Positions 61,066 through 64,000 of a stretch of DNA of 64,000 bases are shown piece by piece. Source of the stretch: Pseudomonadota bacterium. Its GTDB lineage: Bacteria > Pseudomonadota > Alphaproteobacteria > GCA-2731375. Location of the stretch: contig JAQBYC010000006.1 of the NCBI GenBank assembly GCA_027623205.1, positions 3,556-67,555 of the forward strand, in the 5' to 3' direction. The notes beneath the pieces are model-generated. The model saw only the letters and a program-made list of their open reading frames with translations, was not told the origin of the DNA and searched no databases. Made by a program: the position numbers and the translations under genes. Every line of letters begins with the position of its first letter. Within the stretch, counting starts at the first letter, position 1.

Positions 61066-61623
61066 ATGGCACGGCAACCCCCATGGAGCGTAAAGGGCGT
61101 CCGCCCTGAATGTCGCGAGGCTGCGAAAGTAGCGGCCCGGAGATCCAATCTAACGATTGGTGAATGGCTGAACGTCGCCATCATGAACGCGGCAAAACGA
61201 TCGGTTCAGGGCGAAAGCAAGGAGTCTGCGAGCCATCAACTGCCCGCCCTGCCGTTAAGCGAATTGACCCAGGCCATCGAAACCCTGTCCGAGGGCATTC
61301 GTCTGCAAACTCGGCACTCGAAGAAAGAAAACGGCGTGGACAGTGACCTGGTGGAAAAAACCATAGCGCCCGTGATCGAAAGCGTCCGCAAGTTGGAAAA
61401 GGACGTCGAGGCCAAAATCAATGCTCTGGAGCTGGGCGACCACGTCGGCCCCATGCAGGGTCGGATGCGGGAGGCAGAGGAGAAGGCGGACCGGGCCAGT
61501 CTGGCCCTGGCGCCATTGGAGCGCAAGGTCATGCGCATGGCGCAGGAGCTGGAAAAGCAAAGGGCCGCCACGGCCCCGGAACCACCACGGCGTGGACTGT
61601 TATCGCGGGTGTTCGGGCGCTAG
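61066..61623 (+). CDS. Coiled-coil protein with a PodJ-like N-terminal motif.
   Basis: The N-terminus PWSVKGVRPECREAAKVAARRSNLTIGEWLNV resembles the conserved N-terminus of polar organizer PodJ as I recall it. The rest is predicted coiled coil. It is only 185 aa. Confidence 0.4.
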   Translation: MARQPPWSVKGVRPECREAAKVAARRSNLTIGEWLNVAIMNAAKRSVQGESKESASHQLPALPLSELTQAIETLSEGIRLQTRHSKKENGVDSDLVEKTIAPVIESVRKLEKDVEAKINALELGDHVGPMQGRMREAEEKADRASLALAPLERKVMRMAQELEKQRAATAPEPPRRGLLSRVFGR

Positions 61624-62280
61624 CGGAACCAAACGCCGGGAGGGGAAAACGTGTACGCCCTCCTGCCCCAATAAATAGACCTTGAATGCGCCTGGGAATA
61701 GTGGTCCGAACGCGGGATCCCCTACATCCAAGCCACCGGCATAGGCGCCAAACGCCGGCAGGACGGCTCGCAGATTATCGGAAATAAAACAGCGCCGGGT
61801 CAAACGCCGACCTCGCAGGCGCACGCTGGCCTTTGGGTGCAGGTGGCCTGCAATCTCTCCCGCCTCGCCCCCGGCGGCCCGATGCCGCAAGGTCAGCGGG
61901 CCCAGTTTCAGCTCCACCACCCCGTTGCCGCCCAGACGCGTCGGCGGCTGGGGATCGTGATTGCCGCCAATCCACAACCACTCCCGTGACTGGGTCAAGC
62001 GCTGAATCGAGAGCCGATCGCCCGCACTCAAACGCGCCTCGGCATGGGGATCGTGAAAGCTATCGCCCAGACAGGCCACCGTGGCCGGATCAAGCGCCAT
62101 GACGACCGCCGCCAGCCGGCGCAACGTGGCCGCGGTATCATAGGGTGGCAGGAAATGGCCCCGCGCCGCCCGGGATGAACCTTTTTCGAGATGCAGATCG
62201 GCAACCATCAACAAGGATTGTTCGGGCCAGAATAAGGCCCCGGATTGATGCGGTACTAATGTTGTCCCATTGACCAACAT
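61600..62280 (-). CDS. Ligase-associated DNA-damage-response metallophosphoesterase (PdeM-like).
   Basis: LMVADLHLEKG...GNHD calcineurin-like motifs. 226 aa. Confidence 0.65.
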   Translation of the reverse strand: MLVNGTTLVPHQSGALFWPEQSLLMVADLHLEKGSSRAARGHFLPPYDTAATLRRLAAVVMALDPATVACLGDSFHDPHAEARLSAGDRLSIQRLTQSREWLWIGGNHDPQPPTRLGGNGVVELKLGPLTLRHRAAGGEAGEIAGHLHPKASVRLRGRRLTRRCFISDNLRAVLPAFGAYAGGLDVGDPAFGPLFPGAFKVYLLGQEGVHVFPSRRLVPLAPEHPR

Positions 62281-62628
62281 GTCCTGCTTCTAACCCAATC
62301 GCGGTGCAATTGAAACGGCCTATCGATTGGGGCATTGAATGGGGCAGAGTCATATCGACGCCGATCAAAGAAGACCACGCTGCCAATGCGCTGCGCCTGG
62401 AGCGAAGACGTGATCAATTCCCGGCCCGTTATACCAACCATGCAAGCTGTCTTGGCTACTTATCCTGTTTGGACGGTTTGAAGCGGTATGGTACAAAATC
62501 CAACATCACCATGAAATGGCGTCATCGACGCTGTCTCTAGTAAAAGGCACATGAAACGCGCCTGTTCGCCTTGGCAGGCGGCCGCCCTTCATGGAACTTT
62601 TCCATCGCCCAGGATTGATCCGTAAACA

Positions 62629-64000
62629 ATGCTCGACAGGCGCCTGCTAACTTTCTCTCCCATCGCGGTCAGGCTCTGCCTTTTTATTGTCGTCGGCTTC
62701 ACCATCAGCCGCGCCGTCATCGCTACCCAGATCGTTAGTACAGGCTGGCGTGAGGCCCCGGTTGAATACGTCATGGCGATTTTGTCGGGCGCGATCAGAG
62801 ATAGTCTGGTGGCGATCCTGCTGACCGCCATCGGCCTATCTATTACCGGCTGGACCAGAAGTTGGCGGCTGACACGGCCCATCGGGCACGCCATCATGAT
62901 TGCTTTCCTATTCAGTCTGATATTCACCTTCATCGCGGAGGTCTATTTCTGGAATGAATTTTCGGACCGCTTCAATGGTATCGCGGTCTATTACCTTCTG
63001 TTCCCCAGGGAGGTAATCGGCAATCTCGAGGAATCCTTCGATCTCTCCTATTATTTGCCTCTTGTGCTGATCGCGGCGACGGCTATCTGGTGGCCGAACC
63101 GGAAAGCCCTTGGTGCCTTCCTGCGGCCCGCCGCGGCTCCGCTTGGAACGCTGGAGCGGATCGTCCGTCTGGGGCGTACGTTGGCTTTCCTAGCGCTGGC
63201 CGTGGCCATAGTCAGCGCCCTGCCGGTCCGCATTAGCGACAACCGGGAAGTGGACTTGCTGGCCACGAACGGCCTGATAACCATGGCCGCGGCCGCCCTG
63301 AACAATGATACCGACTATGCCGGTGTGTACCCAACCCTGCCGCCGGAAGTTACGCTGCCGATCCTACGCAGGATCGTCGCGCAAGATAATACGTCCCTTC
63401 TGGATACGGTGGAAAACCGTTATGGCATTTTACGTCATATCGATAACGGCGCAGTAGCCAAACGACTGAACATCGTTCTGGTCACCGAGGAGACCTATGG
63501 CTCGGTCTTCGTCGACAGCCTGGATAACCGCCTGGACGATCCAATTTCGCCTGATCTGGACAACTTGGCCAGGGATGGCTTGATGTTCACCAATATCTAT
63601 GCCTCCGGCGACCGCACCGTCCGTGGCCTGGAAGCAACCGAGACTGCGTTCCCGCCTATTCCAGGCATTGCCACCTCCCGCCGCCCTGGCGCCGACGGCA
63701 TGCATTCCCTGCCACATCTGCTGCAACAGTTCGGCTACGGCAGCGCCGTGCTGTATGGCGGCAACCCCAGTTTCGATAATATGGGAACCTTCTGGAAGGG
63801 CATCGGCTTTGACCAGGTCTGGGGTGAAAGTGATGTCCGGCATGACAGTTTCACCACCATATGGGGCGTCTCGGACGAAGATTTATTTACCGAGGCCCTG
63901 CGCCGCATGGACGAGGAAACGGCGAAAAACAAGCCGGTACTTTTAACCCTGATGACGGTATCCAACCATCGGCCCTACAAGTTTCCGCAAACGGTCATCA
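62629..64000 (+). CDS. Partial CDS running off the window end. It encodes an LTA-synthase / sulfatase-family membrane protein, resembling phosphoglycerol or phosphoethanolamine transferases.
   Basis: A frame-1 reading frame is open from ATG 62629 to the window end, and is absent from the ORF track. N-terminal TM segments are followed by NIVLVTEETYGSVFVD...ASGDRTVRGLEATETAFPP...VSNHRPYKFP. Confidence 0.7.
   Translation, partial: MLDRRLLTFSPIAVRLCLFIVVGFTISRAVIATQIVSTGWREAPVEYVMAILSGAIRDSLVAILLTAIGLSITGWTRSWRLTRPIGHAIMIAFLFSLIFTFIAEVYFWNEFSDRFNGIAVYYLLFPREVIGNLEESFDLSYYLPLVLIAATAIWWPNRKALGAFLRPAAAPLGTLERIVRLGRTLAFLALAVAIVSALPVRISDNREVDLLATNGLITMAAAALNNDTDYAGVYPTLPPEVTLPILRRIVAQDNTSLLDTVENRYGILRHIDNGAVAKRLNIVLVTEETYGSVFVDSLDNRLDDPISPDLDNLARDGLMFTNIYASGDRTVRGLEATETAFPPIPGIATSRRPGADGMHSLPHLLQQFGYGSAVLYGGNPSFDNMGTFWKGIGFDQVWGESDVRHDSFTTIWGVSDEDLFTEALRRMDEETAKNKPVLLTLMTVSNHRPYKFPQTVI

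Overview
The window reads as a GC-rich chromosomal segment of an alphaproteobacterium; the GC content was judged by eye, not computed. That inference rests on a DivK/PleD developmental two-component pair, conserved topA-dprA, glnK-amtB and ftsK-lolA neighbourhoods, and a DinB with an N-terminal CRDC...CREC extension.

The first ~44 kb is mostly core or housekeeping content:
- a TauD-family dioxygenase, a CoA transferase and an M20 amidohydrolase
- a dpp-type peptide ABC transporter
- nadE, dinB, divK-pleD, rpmG and two tandem NUDIX genes
- rhodanese, a MarR-like regulator with a Cys-rich tail, and Nfu
- rnr, topA, dprA, glnK-amtB, dapC, ftsK and lolA

The last ~20 kb looks accessory and catabolic. 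It holds a cytochrome P450, a TetR regulator, an amidase, an LLM flavin oxidoreductase and an OYE reductase. It also holds an alpha/beta hydrolase, a VOC protein, DRE-TIM aldolases, a GNAT protein, an orphan FecR-domain protein and a thiamine-enzyme cluster.

I found no transposase, integrase, CRISPR array, rRNA or tRNA.

The most striking sequence-level feature is a dispersed ~85-100 bp structured intergenic repeat present in seven copies. Both of its hairpins keep their pairing through compensatory changes. In five copies the same terminus abuts or overlaps the stop codon of the neighbouring gene.

Other points worth a second look:
- An E1 alpha/beta fusion dehydrogenase sits upstream of a single-domain Hpt gene, with an 11-nt overlap. 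A separate split E1 alpha/beta pair sits with an acetolactate-synthase-like enzyme and an internally duplicated unknown protein, with no E2.
- A MarR regulator with a C-terminal cysteine cluster lies between a rhodanese and an Nfu gene, with a candidate operator palindrome in the shared promoter.
- A short protein carries a PodJ-like N-terminal motif and has an AT-rich, repeat-laden upstream region.
- Two partial CDSs run off the window edges and so are absent from the ORF track: an ApbA-like N-terminus at 1-134 on the minus strand, and an LTA-synthase/sulfatase-family gene from 62629 to the window end.

All calls were made by eye from the translations; no database searches were run.
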